64,000 nucleotides of DNA from Candidatus Micrarchaeota archaeon (GCA_038046805.1 JBBSVO010000003.1:147120-211119), one strand, 5' to 3'. Positions 27,336 through 37,704 are shown, numbered from the stretch's first letter. The notes: generated from the sequence alone by a model not told the origin. Numbers and translations are program-made.

Positions 27336-28940
27336 TTAGGATTTTTTGAAGTTGAATATATTTACCCTTAGATTCTTGTTTTTCTCAAGACCGGATATGG
27401 CCCATGCCAACAAAACTTTCTTAGTTTCTAAATACCTCCCTTTTCCTACCTCCACATTACCTATAGCGTATCTCTTGTTGCGTGTATTGAAACAAAACAT
27501 AGATTCGTGCACATTCTCGCAGTTATGGCAGAAATAGCAGTCAGTGCAGTTGTTTGAATGGTCAACCTCAAAACAGCGGGTTATTCTGGTTGAGAAATGA
27601 GAGTTTATAGAAAACTGCGCGTACCGCACTTCCCTGCATCCAAAACAGTACTCGGAATTTCGTGGGCAAAAGCAAAAGGCGCACAAACGGGACCACATGT
27701 TCTGGATACCATGATAACAATCAGAGGCATCAATAACCAGCGGGCAATCAATGTTATTTTGAAGCTTGCCTGCGAGCCAGAACGGGCAGAAATAAGCAAT
27801 CTTGGAGATTATTGTTGCCGCATTCTCAAGCGCTAAATGAGTTACTTCATCTTCGCTGAGTAAAAGCTTTTCTCCGAAGAAATACGCCTCATCCTGCATA
27901 AGCAGCCTATTCCTTGGAAAATCAAGGAAACTGGCAAAATCAGGTAACAAAAGTGCCTTTCCAGATGCACAGGACTTTTCTTTGTCCAACCGGATACTGG
28001 AGGCATCTGAAAGCCATTCGGAATAATCATCTAATCTTTCAAGTGGCTTTCCAAACAAAATGCCAGTTGTCTGGGAAAACGCCTTTTCTATTCCGCCTTT
28101 TTCCGTATTTTTAGGTTGCACTGGTGGCAACTTTGGCGCAGCGGCTACCAGATAGGAATAGTCTGGTTTTTCCTTTTCAACCAGCTCTGTTATGAATGGG
28201 AGCCTCTTGTCTTTTTTCAGCCTTTCTCTGATTTCGGCAAGCAACTTGTCCTTGAGGGAATAATATTTATCTTTTGAAAGCGAAAGGTTTCCTATTACAT
28301 ACCTCTTTGATTTTAGGTTGAACGAAAACATACACTCCATGCAGCTTGAAAGACCGTGTGAATAGAAACAATCTGAAGAGAAATCTGCTTTTGAAGTCAT
28401 AAAACAACGCGTTGATTCGCTGATCTCATTTGATTTGATTGAAAAGGAGGATGGACCAAACGCATAACAACCAAAAATATTTTCGCTATAGCTTCCGCGC
28501 GTAGAGTATGCAACATTCTTTGAAAACGCAACCCTCTCGGAATGCAGGACATAATGACATTCGGTTATCGTAGTACTTTGATCAATAAAACTGGAATTTC
28601 CGAGGATTATGTTGCCAGTGTATGCAATGCGCTCCCCGAGGATGGAGAGGATTGAATCTATGTCTTTTACCTCATCTATGCCCAGCGAATCCGTTTTTCT
28701 GTTGAAATCGATCTCGTCGTAGCCAACAAAATTGAAATCGCGGGCGTAATTAGTGCTTGCACAGATCACTTCTTTTCCGGAAACATGTGATTTTTTAACA
28801 AGGCGCGGTCCGTTCCCTTCGTATAACCATTTGGCATAATCATCCAAGTCTCCGACTTGCTCTCCAAGAAGAATTTTGCATGTAGACTGCCATTGTTTAT
28901 TCAGGTTAGCATACAGGCCTGGATCCGTGCTTGAAGGCAT
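27336..28940 (-). CDS. Cys-rich internally duplicated repeat protein (paralog of 57418..59025)
   Basis: Two halves, each ending C..C.FxFNxxxKRYxIGN...Y; C/S-x2 periodic repeats suggest a beta-solenoid. Confidence 0.75.
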   Translation of the reverse strand: MPSSTDPGLYANLNKQWQSTCKILLGEQVGDLDDYAKWLYEGNGPRLVKKSHVSGKEVICASTNYARDFNFVGYDEIDFNRKTDSLGIDEVKDIDSILSILGERIAYTGNIILGNSSFIDQSTTITECHYVLHSERVAFSKNVAYSTRGSYSENIFGCYAFGPSSFSIKSNEISESTRCFMTSKADFSSDCFYSHGLSSCMECMFSFNLKSKRYVIGNLSLSKDKYYSLKDKLLAEIRERLKKDKRLPFITELVEKEKPDYSYLVAAAPKLPPVQPKNTEKGGIEKAFSQTTGILFGKPLERLDDYSEWLSDASSIRLDKEKSCASGKALLLPDFASFLDFPRNRLLMQDEAYFFGEKLLLSEDEVTHLALENAATIISKIAYFCPFWLAGKLQNNIDCPLVIDASDCYHGIQNMWSRLCAFCFCPRNSEYCFGCREVRYAQFSINSHFSTRITRCFEVDHSNNCTDCYFCHNCENVHESMFCFNTRNKRYAIGNVEVGKGRYLETKKVLLAWAISGLEKNKNLRVNIFNFKKS

Positions 28941-28965
28941 AATCCATAATACTCGCTCAACAGTT

Positions 28966-30189
28966 TTAAGGATGGGGGTTCTCTACAGTGTGATTATCCG
29001 CCACCGTAAACTTCAGTAAAACCAGCGCAAACAGCGTCGTAGCAATCGCAAATACAAACGATGCATTTGTACCGAACAGGCTTTGCTCCCATAGTAATCC
29101 TGCAATAAGATTTGATGGGAGGGCCAGGATTCCTGCCACTGCACCATACAAACCGATTGCACTGCCATATTTTGATTCATCAAACGTTCTGGTAATGAAA
29201 ACCTTGGGTGCAGTTTCAATTATTGCCATGAAGACTCCTAGAATAGCAAGCGAGAGGAATGCAGACCAGATAAATGGATAGAATGCCATAAGGGCAATGC
29301 TCATTGCAAAAAGAGCAAAACTCGCCAAAATCGCGTTTTTTGCTCCGAATTTGTCAGAAAGATACCCTGCAGGAACTGCAAAAATCGTATAGAACAGGTT
29401 ATATGCCAAATAAATAATCGGAATCATAATCAACCCAACGATTGGATTTGCTTTAAGAAGAAAGAATGCCACGCTGAACTGCCCCAGAGTAAAAATGCCG
29501 ATTGCGACAAGGAACATTTTGTAATTTTTGATGGATAACAGCGCAGAAAAAGAAAACTTGTACCCATCTCCTATTCCGTCTTTTTTGTCCTTTACGAAAA
29601 ATATCAACGCAACTGCAATAATTGCAGGAATAAATGAGATAGCAAAAATGTTCCGGTATGCTGCACCAATTCCGTCTCCTGTAAAAAACAGGATAAGAAG
29701 TGCAGAAGCAAGAAGTGGCCCAATTGTGGCACCGGAAGAATCCATCATCTTAAGATAACCAAATGCACGGCCGAGATTTTCCTTTTTCTCGGACTGGGCA
29801 AGAAGAGAGTCGCGTGGTGCGTTGCGAATTCCTTTTCCAAGCCTGTCTAGGAATCTAAGAGCAACAACATGCTGCCAAATCGCAGCAAAGAAAAGAGCGC
29901 CTTTTGAAAGAGATGACAACAGATAACCTGCCAACATGGGCATTTTCCGTTTTCCTATTCTGTCCGAGTATACCCCGGCAATAAAACGCGAAACACCCGC
30001 AACGAATTCCCCTATGCTTTCCATGAATCCCAATACAAATACAGGGGCACCAAGAACACCTGTAAGGAAGAACGGGAGAAGTGGGAATATCATCTCGCTG
30101 CTTACATCGGTGAGAAAACTAATCGCACCGAAGAGTTTCGTATTTTTGCTTAAAGGAGGAAAAAGTTTTAGACCTGAAGGCACATGCAT
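28966..30189 (-). CDS. MFS transporter
   Basis: SFLTDVSSEM, GVYSDRIGKRK, DRLGKGIRNAPRD; ~12 TM. Confidence 0.92.
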   Translation of the reverse strand: MHVPSGLKLFPPLSKNTKLFGAISFLTDVSSEMIFPLLPFFLTGVLGAPVFVLGFMESIGEFVAGVSRFIAGVYSDRIGKRKMPMLAGYLLSSLSKGALFFAAIWQHVVALRFLDRLGKGIRNAPRDSLLAQSEKKENLGRAFGYLKMMDSSGATIGPLLASALLILFFTGDGIGAAYRNIFAISFIPAIIAVALIFFVKDKKDGIGDGYKFSFSALLSIKNYKMFLVAIGIFTLGQFSVAFFLLKANPIVGLIMIPIIYLAYNLFYTIFAVPAGYLSDKFGAKNAILASFALFAMSIALMAFYPFIWSAFLSLAILGVFMAIIETAPKVFITRTFDESKYGSAIGLYGAVAGILALPSNLIAGLLWEQSLFGTNASFVFAIATTLFALVLLKFTVADNHTVENPHP

Positions 30190-30241
30190 GAAAATTTGTT
30201 ATTCGACAAACATTTTAAACAGCTGTGCAGAAATTAAAGAT

Positions 30242-30742
30242 ATGCCTGAAATTTCTGAAGAACGAAAAAACGAGCTGAAGAATCCGATGGGCCGCATCAT
30301 AACTTACTCTGAACTCCAGTTTATATCCGGGAGATACAGAATTATTTCTGTAGGCGATATCTGCACTCTTGAACTTATTGCGCACGGAGTAACTCCATTC
30401 GTAGCAGTATTCGATTTCAAATATATGCGAAAACCGCTTGAGGCGGAAAAGGTGAAGATACTCAAAGAAAAGTTCAGAAGCCCCATTCACGTGACAAACG
30501 CTGCCGGAACAATATCGAAAATATCAGTCAGTGCGGCAAAAAAACTGCTAAAAAGTGAGAAAGGAGGGGCGATACTCGTTGATGGTGAAGATGACCTTGT
30601 TGCGCTTCCGTTTATCGCATTCGCGGACAGTAATACTGCAATAATTTACGGCCAACCAGATAAGGGAATGGTTTTTGTGCCGCCTGGAAGCGGCGCTGAG
30701 AAAAAGGCTAAGGAGATTCTAAAGGAGATTGGACTTTTGTGA
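30242..30742 (+). CDS. DUF359 family, GTP-dependent dephospho-CoA kinase-like
   Basis: ELKNPMG, VGDI, NAAGTI, VDGEDDL, YGQPDKG. Confidence 0.85.
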   Translation: MPEISEERKNELKNPMGRIITYSELQFISGRYRIISVGDICTLELIAHGVTPFVAVFDFKYMRKPLEAEKVKILKEKFRSPIHVTNAAGTISKISVSAAKKLLKSEKGGAILVDGEDDLVALPFIAFADSNTAIIYGQPDKGMVFVPPGSGAEKKAKEILKEIGLL

Positions 30743-30850
30743 TATAAGCAGTTAGCTACTTGCTTTTAGCCACTGAGTGCAGATTTGAAATGTTTTCCGT
30801 TCCGCCAGTTACTAATTGATTCCCACTTATTCATTTGCTGTTATATTCGG

Positions 30851-31039
30851 CTAATCCCCGCCGCTTCCCTTTGTCAGGAAAAACATAGCAACAAACGATG
30901 CGAGCGTTGTTACAACCCCCACGCCGACTTTTGTCATAAATTCATCATCTGGCCTTAGGGATTCCCAAAAATAGAACATGCCTACTCCAAATATTATTGC
31001 GATAATAAAAAGAACAACACGAACAAAGGTTTTGGACAT
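30851..31039 (-). CDS. Small 2-TM membrane protein
   Basis: GGTGA RBS; two hydrophobic helices. Confidence 0.65.
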   Translation of the reverse strand: MSKTFVRVVLFIIAIIFGVGMFYFWESLRPDDEFMTKVGVGVVTTLASFVAMFFLTKGSGGD

Positions 31040-31083
31040 AGAGATTTCACCATCAAGACACAAGACCGGGAATCGAAGACCGG

Positions 31084-31338
31084 CTACTGTGGTACCGGTC
31101 CGCCACCCATCTTTGTGACTATAATTACATCTTCAACTGATTTTACGTTCTTGTACTGAACGCTCTTTTCCCTCAAGACCCTTTTTGCATCATCCTTGCT
31201 TGATGGAAGCTGTTCAATCAAAATTCTTGAAACCTCTCCTGATTCGACATCCATGATAAAATCCTGGGCATCGCCGAGATACTTGCCGCCATCCGTCATG
31301 ATATTCATCCCATACATCCTAGAGAGTCTTGTCGTCAT
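31084..31338 (-). CDS. PRC-barrel protein (CdpB-like)
   Basis: LSRMYGMNIMTDGGKYLG...D...DVESGEV...VKSVEDVIIV. Confidence 0.85.
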   Translation of the reverse strand: MTTRLSRMYGMNIMTDGGKYLGDAQDFIMDVESGEVSRILIEQLPSSKDDAKRVLREKSVQYKNVKSVEDVIIVTKMGGGPVPQ

Positions 31339-31473
31339 ATTAATCACCAAGTAATTGTTTTCGTTGAGAGTCTATTGCGGAAAAGATATATAAAGATATC
31401 CGATTGGCCAGAAGCTTTGGGCTTTTGGCCTTGGGCTTTGGGCAGTTACAGTTTTCAGTTCCGAGTTCCAAAT

Positions 31474-31562
31474 AGAACGACGCATCGTTCTTGAGCACTT
31501 CAAAAACGACGTCTCGTTTTTGAGGATTTTAGAACGGATCGCCGTTCTAAAAGTGCTCGCGA
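31474..31562. repeat. Branched palindromic element family A, variant copy upstream of cdc6
   Basis: AGAACGA-CGCA-TCGTTCT, GAGCACTT..AAGTGCTC enclosing two perfect hairpins, then GCGA; same module order as copies at 17584 and 50745. Confidence 0.75.
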
Positions 31563-31651
31563 AGGTTCTCTGCCCATTGCCCACAGCTCATTGCCAACTG
31601 CTAATAGCCAACCCATCACATTTTTATCTTTTACCTCTCTTAACCATTGCG

Positions 31652-32863
31652 ATGACTACTTTTCAGGATATTTTATCCAGGCCTTCTTTGTTCAATGACA
31701 CTAATGTGTTATCCCCACATTACGTGCCGGATACACTTCCATTCAGAGAAGCCCAGATAAAAGAAATAATGGAAACGGTTTCATCTGCATTGAGAGGACA
31801 AAAACCGAGAAATCTTTTTATTTATGGAAAAACCGGAACAGGTAAAACATGCTGCACAAAATACGTCATGGATAGATTCAATTCAAATTCTGAAAATAAT
31901 GGTAAGGGCGGAATGATGCAATACATAAACTGCCGTATATATAATTCGCGCTACAGGGTTTTGCAGAAAGTAATGAAACAATTTGTACCTGAGCTTGAAA
32001 AAGCAGGATTCGGATTGCCATTTCTTTATGAAAAAATGATCGAAGTTGCAAGCAACGGAAAACAGCTGGTAATAGTTCTCGATGAGATCGATATGGTAAA
32101 GGACCTTGACGATATGATTTATACTATGACAAGGGCGAATGACGAAATAAAAAGCGGCGGGGGCGTAAGCATAGTCGGGATTTCAAACAAGCTCTCGTTC
32201 AAAAACGAACTTGACCCAAGAAGCAAGAGCAGCCTTTATGAAAACGAGATAGTTTTTCCACCTTATTCTTCAACACAACTTCAACAAATATTATTACAGC
32301 GTGCCACTCATGGATTTAGACCCGGTGTTGTTTCACAGTCTGCAATAAACTTAGCATCAGCGATTACTGCCCAGGAATGCGGGGATGCGCGCTATGCACT
32401 AAAACTTATAGCAAAAGCAGGAGAGATTGCAGAAGCTGCAGGAAAAATGCAGATAAATGATGAGGATGTAGAAGCCGCACGAAAAAAGGTTGATGCGGAT
32501 ATAGCCGCTGAGACGATTGCAACGCTTCCATACAACCATCAGGTTGTTCTTTATGCTATCGCACATCTTTCCAAGGGTGGAAGCAAATATGCCAGACTTG
32601 ATGGGATGGATGAAGGATTCTTGTTTTCCGGAGAGATTTACGAAGAATATGAACGTACGTGCAGACGTCTCGGAAAACGAGCAAGAAGCTCACGATGGTA
32701 CAAAGAATATTTGACAGATCTGGAAATGCTTGGACTAATTATGACGACCCCTAGCGGGCGGGGGGTCCGTGGACATACCACTCTTGTTAAGCTGGGGCAT
32801 TCTCCTTCTGAGATATTGACTATAATTTCAAGAGGATTGAATTTTACCGGAGAAAGCGAATAG
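31652..32863 (+). CDS. cdc6: Orc1/Cdc6 replication initiator
   Basis: LSPHYVPDTLPFRE, YGKTGTGKT, IVLDEID, FPPYS, GDARYA, C-terminal wHTH with GRGVRG. Confidence 0.95.
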   Translation: MTTFQDILSRPSLFNDTNVLSPHYVPDTLPFREAQIKEIMETVSSALRGQKPRNLFIYGKTGTGKTCCTKYVMDRFNSNSENNGKGGMMQYINCRIYNSRYRVLQKVMKQFVPELEKAGFGLPFLYEKMIEVASNGKQLVIVLDEIDMVKDLDDMIYTMTRANDEIKSGGGVSIVGISNKLSFKNELDPRSKSSLYENEIVFPPYSSTQLQQILLQRATHGFRPGVVSQSAINLASAITAQECGDARYALKLIAKAGEIAEAAGKMQINDEDVEAARKKVDADIAAETIATLPYNHQVVLYAIAHLSKGGSKYARLDGMDEGFLFSGEIYEEYERTCRRLGKRARSSRWYKEYLTDLEMLGLIMTTPSGRGVRGHTTLVKLGHSPSEILTIISRGLNFTGESE

Positions 32864-32942
32864 CATATCAATGTTCAGAAAAAGTGAACAACTTGTTTAA
32901 AAATATGAACAAATTGTTTAAGAGAAGTAAACGAAAAAGCAC

Positions 32943-33665
32943 TCAAACCCTCAGCAAACTTCCTATTCCGTATCCGATTAGCGCGGAAACCATCCCGATT
33001 ATCGCCATTTCCAATCCTTCTTTTTTCCAGTTTCCAATAGTGAGCTTTGCTTTTATCGCTCCGGCCACGAATAAAACGAGTATCGCAATACCTAAAGCAG
33101 ACCACATTGCCAAAGAGACGGGCAAAACGAAAAATGGGACCACGGGAATAAACGAACCAACAAGCGCGGAAATACCAACTACGACTGCATCTTTTGCAGG
33201 CTTGCCTTCTTCCGGCTCGCTCATGTTAAGCTCCTCGGACATCATAGTATCAAGCCATCTTTTCTTGTCACTGCAGATGGCATTCGCTATTGTTTCAAGC
33301 TCTTTTCCCTTGAAACCCTTTCGCATATAAAGAACCTTTATCTCCTCGCGCTCTATTTCCGGAAGCTCTTCGATTTCAAGTTGTTCCCGCTCGCGCTCGC
33401 TGTAATAATAATCCCGAGCTGCTTTTCCAGAGGTATATGCAACTGCGGCCATTGCAACGGATTCCGCAAAGGCAGCTGCTATTCCAGCAACAACAACTAT
33501 GCGTGAATCATTTGTAGCCGAAGCTACGCCAAGCATCAAACCGAGAACATTGACTAAACCATCCTGCCCGCCAAGAATAACCTCACGAAGTGAACTGATA
33601 TGGTTGTTCTTCTCGTTCTGCTCCCAATGCTCGCGAAGAGCCGGGGATAGGTCAAGTTCACGCAT
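32943..33665 (-). CDS. VIT1/CCC1 family Fe2+/Mn2+ transporter
   Basis: LREVILGGQDGL, EREREQLEI...EREEI...Y..KG, TM helices. Confidence 0.9.
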   Translation of the reverse strand: MRELDLSPALREHWEQNEKNNHISSLREVILGGQDGLVNVLGLMLGVASATNDSRIVVVAGIAAAFAESVAMAAVAYTSGKAARDYYYSEREREQLEIEELPEIEREEIKVLYMRKGFKGKELETIANAICSDKKRWLDTMMSEELNMSEPEEGKPAKDAVVVGISALVGSFIPVVPFFVLPVSLAMWSALGIAILVLFVAGAIKAKLTIGNWKKEGLEMAIIGMVSALIGYGIGSLLRV

Positions 33666-33803
33666 AAGGAAGCAACCATGTTTTAGATTAAAAAGGTTCT
33701 CACAGAAAGGCGCTTCACCCTCCGAGTTCGCGCGGATCACTACTGGGAAACAGATAGTTCTATTTTTATATTCTTTCGCACAGAGAAAGAAATATTAATT
33801 TTA

Positions 33804-33887
33804 GCTGGGGTCGCCTAGTCTGGTAGGGCGGCAGGTTGCTAACCTGTTGCGCGCAAGCGTCCGTGGGTTCAAATCCCTCCCCTAGCG
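33804..33887 (+). tRNA. tRNA-Ser(GCT), intronless
   Basis: GCTGGGG/CCCTAGC acceptor, GCAGG-TT GCT AA-CCTGT, long variable arm, GGTTCAAATCC. Confidence 0.92.
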
Positions 33888-33898
33888 ATTTTTTATTC

Positions 33899-33941
33899 AA
33901 ATCCAGAGATTCCACTGGTCCTTGACCTGTTGTTTTTGGCA
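33899..33941 (-). repeat. Repeat family B, internally deleted copy just downstream of tRNA-Ser
   Basis: Reverse complement TGCCAAAAACAACAGGTCAAGGACCAGTGGAATCTCTGGATTT joins the left and right ends of the 9350 copy at AGTGG. Confidence 0.7.
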
Positions 33942-33992
33942 CTCACAGGCATCGGATTAAAATCAAGTGCGATTTCATATTGAATTGATAAG

Positions 33993-34715
33993 ATGGAACT
34001 TCCCAGATTAGTCTCTAACCCGTGGTTCTTGACAAGGCCGTTTCTCCTGTTAACAGGATTTTTTTTATTATTTATTCTGTTGAACTTGCAGAGTTTCCTG
34101 GATAATGTCTGGTTTTATGCCTCTGGTAGCGCGATTGCAATCGCAATAAAAGGCCAGTGGTGGTTTGCTGCGCTTAATATTGCAATTTTTTTATCTCTGT
34201 TGTTATTCCTAAATAGAAAAAAAGCAAATTGGAAGACACACGGTCTGTTTTCCGCATTCGTAATTTCTTTATTCGTGGAAATGTATGGTGCGGCGTTGGC
34301 GATTTATTTTCTGGCAGGCGGCCAGGCATCGGTTCCCAAAGATACGGCACACGAGGTATTATTTAGTTTAAACTTTTTTGGCATTACCCTTGGGTTTGAT
34401 TTTTGGATGACCTTTGGAACAATAGTGATTACAACGGGAATCGCGATAATTGCCATTGGCTGGTACCAGCTATGGAAATCTAGGAAAAAACTATTTACCG
34501 AAGGATTTTACAGATACTCCAGGCATCCGCAGTATATCGGATTTTTGTACACGATCTGGGGCTGGATGATCGCCTGGCCAACTATAACAACATTAATTTT
34601 TACCCCGATACTGACTATTGCATATTTGTACGCAGCAAAAAAAGAGGAAGAACAGATTCTAAATGAGAATCAAGAATACGAATCTTATGCCAAAAAAACG
34701 CCATTTTTGATATAA
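33993..34715 (+). CDS. Isoprenylcysteine carboxyl methyltransferase (ICMT/PEMT) family membrane protein
   Basis: SLFVEMYG, LFTEGFYRYSRHPQYIG, KKEE, Y..YAKKTPFL. Confidence 0.85.
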   Translation: MELPRLVSNPWFLTRPFLLLTGFFLLFILLNLQSFLDNVWFYASGSAIAIAIKGQWWFAALNIAIFLSLLLFLNRKKANWKTHGLFSAFVISLFVEMYGAALAIYFLAGGQASVPKDTAHEVLFSLNFFGITLGFDFWMTFGTIVITTGIAIIAIGWYQLWKSRKKLFTEGFYRYSRHPQYIGFLYTIWGWMIAWPTITTLIFTPILTIAYLYAAKKEEEQILNENQEYESYAKKTPFLI

Positions 34716-34754
34716 TGGTGAAAAAACCGATAACGGAAACCCTGCGACAAACAA

Positions 34755-35918
34755 TTATAGTCCTCTCAAATCGCGTACAATCGAACCAGAGCGAACATCA
34801 AAAACAACCATTTCGCTATGACGTTCGTCACCGTAACGAAGAACAAGCGCATCCGAATTCCCATCTCCTTTGGTTGAGCGCATTCTCAATGAAGCATGAA
34901 CAAGACCATCGACATCAGGTATACCAGCAGACGGATTATACAACCTTGATAAACGTTCGGCAAAAAGATGAATACCAGCTCCACTTGCGACACGGGAAAG
35001 AGGGATATCTATGTCCAATTCAGATGCCCCGCTTAAAACACCAACTCGTCTTGCCACTCCGATTCCATCGCTTAATAAGACAGGGGTTCCGCACAATGAA
35101 AATCTGGATGGATTAAGAAAAGCGCCCTCGGAATTCAAAATACTCCATATTGCCGCCCTTAGCAAATCCTCTGGACCCGTATAAAGTGCTTCTTCGATTG
35201 GTCGCTGTTTTGCCTTTAGATCTACGCCTTCAGTTGAGAAAAAAGTTATACGCGCCAGTTCAAAATAAAGCGCAAACCCGCGAAGGAGACGTTCTTTTTC
35301 AGGTCCGAAGGATTCCATCTCGTCCAGAACATCCCTAAACATTTTAAGAGTCCGAAGGAAATACACATGTTTTGCCTGGATAACTGGATCAACTGCATCT
35401 TCCATGATTGGCGGAATAATTCTTTGATCAGTAACCGCACCAAAAACATTTCCCTCCAAAAGGGCTTGAAAAGAACTTTCGAGCACGGCTCTGAAAAATG
35501 ATGGATCCCTGAATTGAATATTTACAAACCGGCTTCTTGATGCAGAGCAAAGAGACCGTAGGATTTCTGAATCCGTTGTTTGTAACGCACGCTCAAGAAG
35601 AGCGCTGGAAGCCCCAAGTTCTCTCAGGCTAAGAAAACCAAAATTGTACATCGCGAAGGCTGTAATATGGGACTCAACGACGCCCTCGGTCAAAACCCTT
35701 GCCGTATGCCCTCTGGACAACCAGCTTTGAACAAGAAGTTTGTCGCTGCGCGGAACCAACCTCAATCTTCTGCTCGTCCCTTCTTCTATGGCTGCAGCTC
35801 GCATGCAGTAAGGTCCAATCGCATGGGTATCCTTTGCCACCCGGGCGATGTTGTGGTATAATCCTGCAGTCAAACCCCGCGGCTCGGATATAGGTTCGGC
35901 TGGATGTTTAAACGTCAT
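34755..35918 (-). CDS. Hypothetical protein
   Basis: 387-aa ORF, no recognised motif. Confidence 0.55.
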   Translation of the reverse strand: MTFKHPAEPISEPRGLTAGLYHNIARVAKDTHAIGPYCMRAAAIEEGTSRRLRLVPRSDKLLVQSWLSRGHTARVLTEGVVESHITAFAMYNFGFLSLRELGASSALLERALQTTDSEILRSLCSASRSRFVNIQFRDPSFFRAVLESSFQALLEGNVFGAVTDQRIIPPIMEDAVDPVIQAKHVYFLRTLKMFRDVLDEMESFGPEKERLLRGFALYFELARITFFSTEGVDLKAKQRPIEEALYTGPEDLLRAAIWSILNSEGAFLNPSRFSLCGTPVLLSDGIGVARRVGVLSGASELDIDIPLSRVASGAGIHLFAERLSRLYNPSAGIPDVDGLVHASLRMRSTKGDGNSDALVLRYGDERHSEMVVFDVRSGSIVRDLRGL

Positions 35919-36024
35919 ACGGGATTACAATGTGGTAAAGGATTTAAAAACAGATAGTACACAAAAGCGGAACAAACAAAACCCGAAACCGGATTTTCAC
36001 GGAAACCGGAAACTGAAAACGCAA

Positions 36025-37221
36025 CTAAGCCAGCTCCCCGCACCCCGCGAGTCTCCATCTCTGTCCAAGCTTTCTACATAGCGCAACTTTTGATGATTTT
36101 TCAACAATCATCATCTTCTTGAGCTTGATAGTTGCAGTTCCTTTTGCAAGGGCGGTGATAACCCCTACATTGGTAGAGGTGCTTGCATTTACAACGACTG
36201 CTTCGCCTTGCTTGAATGGAGGATTCTCCATATCGGTTCTTTTCAAAAGCTGATATTTCAGTTTTATTGTGTCAACTGGTTCGGGTAGTTCCCCTGGAGT
36301 CCCTACGACTGAACCAATAAGCGCATCTGATTTTGTAAGTGCTGGATCAATAAGCGTACCAACTGCCACAAGACCCCCAGGTAACGCCTCCTCGAGATCA
36401 TCATTTTCTTTTCTTAGGGCAACAACCTCGAGAGTTATTGGGGTCGGTTTTGCACCTTCTTTTTTCACAATTCCTGGACTGAGTTCTATCTTATCGCCAA
36501 CCCTGAGTGATCCGCGAACAACAGAACCACCTATAATTCCACCATGAAGCTTTGAAATCGGAGTACCGGGCTTATTGATGTCAAAAGAACGTGAAACGAA
36601 CATTCTGAGCTTAGCATTCTTGTCACGTTTTGGTGTGGGCAGATATTTTTCAATCGCAGCAACAATTTCACCCAGATTTATTCTATAGTTTGCTGCAACA
36701 GGAATAATCGGTGCATTCTCTGCTACAGTGCCTTTTAGAAAACCTTTTATTTGATTATAATTTTCAATTGCCTTTTCTTTGCTGATAAGGTCAACTTTTG
36801 TCTGGACTACTATTACATTCTTTATTCCGAGAAGACCAAGAACCATCAAATGTTCCGTTGTCTGCGGCTGAGGACATTGCTCATTCGCAGCAATAAGGAA
36901 AAGAGCTCCGTCAATTATACTAGAGGCAGATATTGCAGTAGTCATCAGGGTTTCATGACCCGGGGCATCAAGAAAGGAAATTTTGCGCTTAAGCTCTCCG
37001 TTGGTGCCACAACCCTCGCATTTCTCAGAAAACGAATACGAATCGCATTTCGCACAGAAGTAGACAGACGCTTCCGCATACCCAAGCCTGATGGAGATTC
37101 CTCGTTTTATTTCCTCGCTATGAGTGTCTGTCCACTTGCCAGTTAAGGCATGAGTGAGTGTTGTCTTTCCATGGTCGACGTGCCCAAGAATTCCAATATT
37201 CAGTTCAGCCTGCAAAACCAT
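36025..37221 (-). CDS. eif2g: Translation initiation factor aIF2 gamma subunit
   Basis: GHVDHGKTT, EEIKRGISIRLGY, Zn knuckle, DAPGHE, PQPQTTEH. Confidence 0.97.
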   Translation of the reverse strand: MVLQAELNIGILGHVDHGKTTLTHALTGKWTDTHSEEIKRGISIRLGYAEASVYFCAKCDSYSFSEKCEGCGTNGELKRKISFLDAPGHETLMTTAISASSIIDGALFLIAANEQCPQPQTTEHLMVLGLLGIKNVIVVQTKVDLISKEKAIENYNQIKGFLKGTVAENAPIIPVAANYRINLGEIVAAIEKYLPTPKRDKNAKLRMFVSRSFDINKPGTPISKLHGGIIGGSVVRGSLRVGDKIELSPGIVKKEGAKPTPITLEVVALRKENDDLEEALPGGLVAVGTLIDPALTKSDALIGSVVGTPGELPEPVDTIKLKYQLLKRTDMENPPFKQGEAVVVNASTSTNVGVITALAKGTATIKLKKMMIVEKSSKVALCRKLGQRWRLAGCGELA

Positions 37222-37226
37222 AAAAA

Positions 37227-37628
37227 TTACTTCTTTCCCTCTTTCTTTTCGCCTTCTTTCTTCGGGAACAAAGTCGCAAGATCTGTTGGACCCCATTCGA
37301 CAACCTTTGCATTCACCTGCATTGTTGCATCACTGTACGTATTGCCTCTAAGACTTTTCTTCCTTCGCTCCCCTTTGTCTGAAGCATGAAAACCAACACC
37401 ATCGGAAATGATCGATTGAATCTTTCTTCCGCCACTTATATCAGAACGCATCGGAAATCCGCTTGTATCACTTCCACCAGTAAGCTCAAGCTGATAACCA
37501 GCAGCACCAAACACACCACCATCGATCTTTTCGTGAATTTTCTTGCCAACGATGTGCGCTTCTTTTCCCTTTTCTACCTCCAATTGGTAGGATTTTCCAC
37601 TTTTTGAATCAGATATTACTAAACGCAT
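37227..37628 (-). CDS. rps6e: 30S ribosomal protein S6e
   Basis: ISDSKSGKSYQ, TGGSDTSGFPM, GERRKKSLRGN. Confidence 0.95.
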   Translation of the reverse strand: MRLVISDSKSGKSYQLEVEKGKEAHIVGKKIHEKIDGGVFGAAGYQLELTGGSDTSGFPMRSDISGGRKIQSIISDGVGFHASDKGERRKKSLRGNTYSDATMQVNAKVVEWGPTDLATLFPKKEGEKKEGKK

Positions 37629-37704
37629 AGATACACCTCTAAATAGTTGCAGAAAAAGAGTTTGATAGAATGATTTTAAAAATGGTGCTGGAGACGAATT
37701 AAAC

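Noticed and set aside
29936..30241. Long N-terminal extension of the DUF359 ORF
   Set aside because: Antisense overlap with the MFS gene; the family-like sequence starts at ATG 30242
31460..31480. ORB-like GTTCCAAATAGAAC upstream of cdc6
   Set aside because: Single copy, spacing differs from the TCCAGTGGAA core, no G-string; overlaps the repeat element
31520..31651. N-terminal extension of Cdc6 in the ORF track
   Set aside because: Derived from repeat DNA; Cdc6-like sequence starts at ATG 31652
33804..35918. Integrated element at tRNA-Ser
   Set aside because: No integrase and no duplicated tRNA 3' end (att site) noticed in the window
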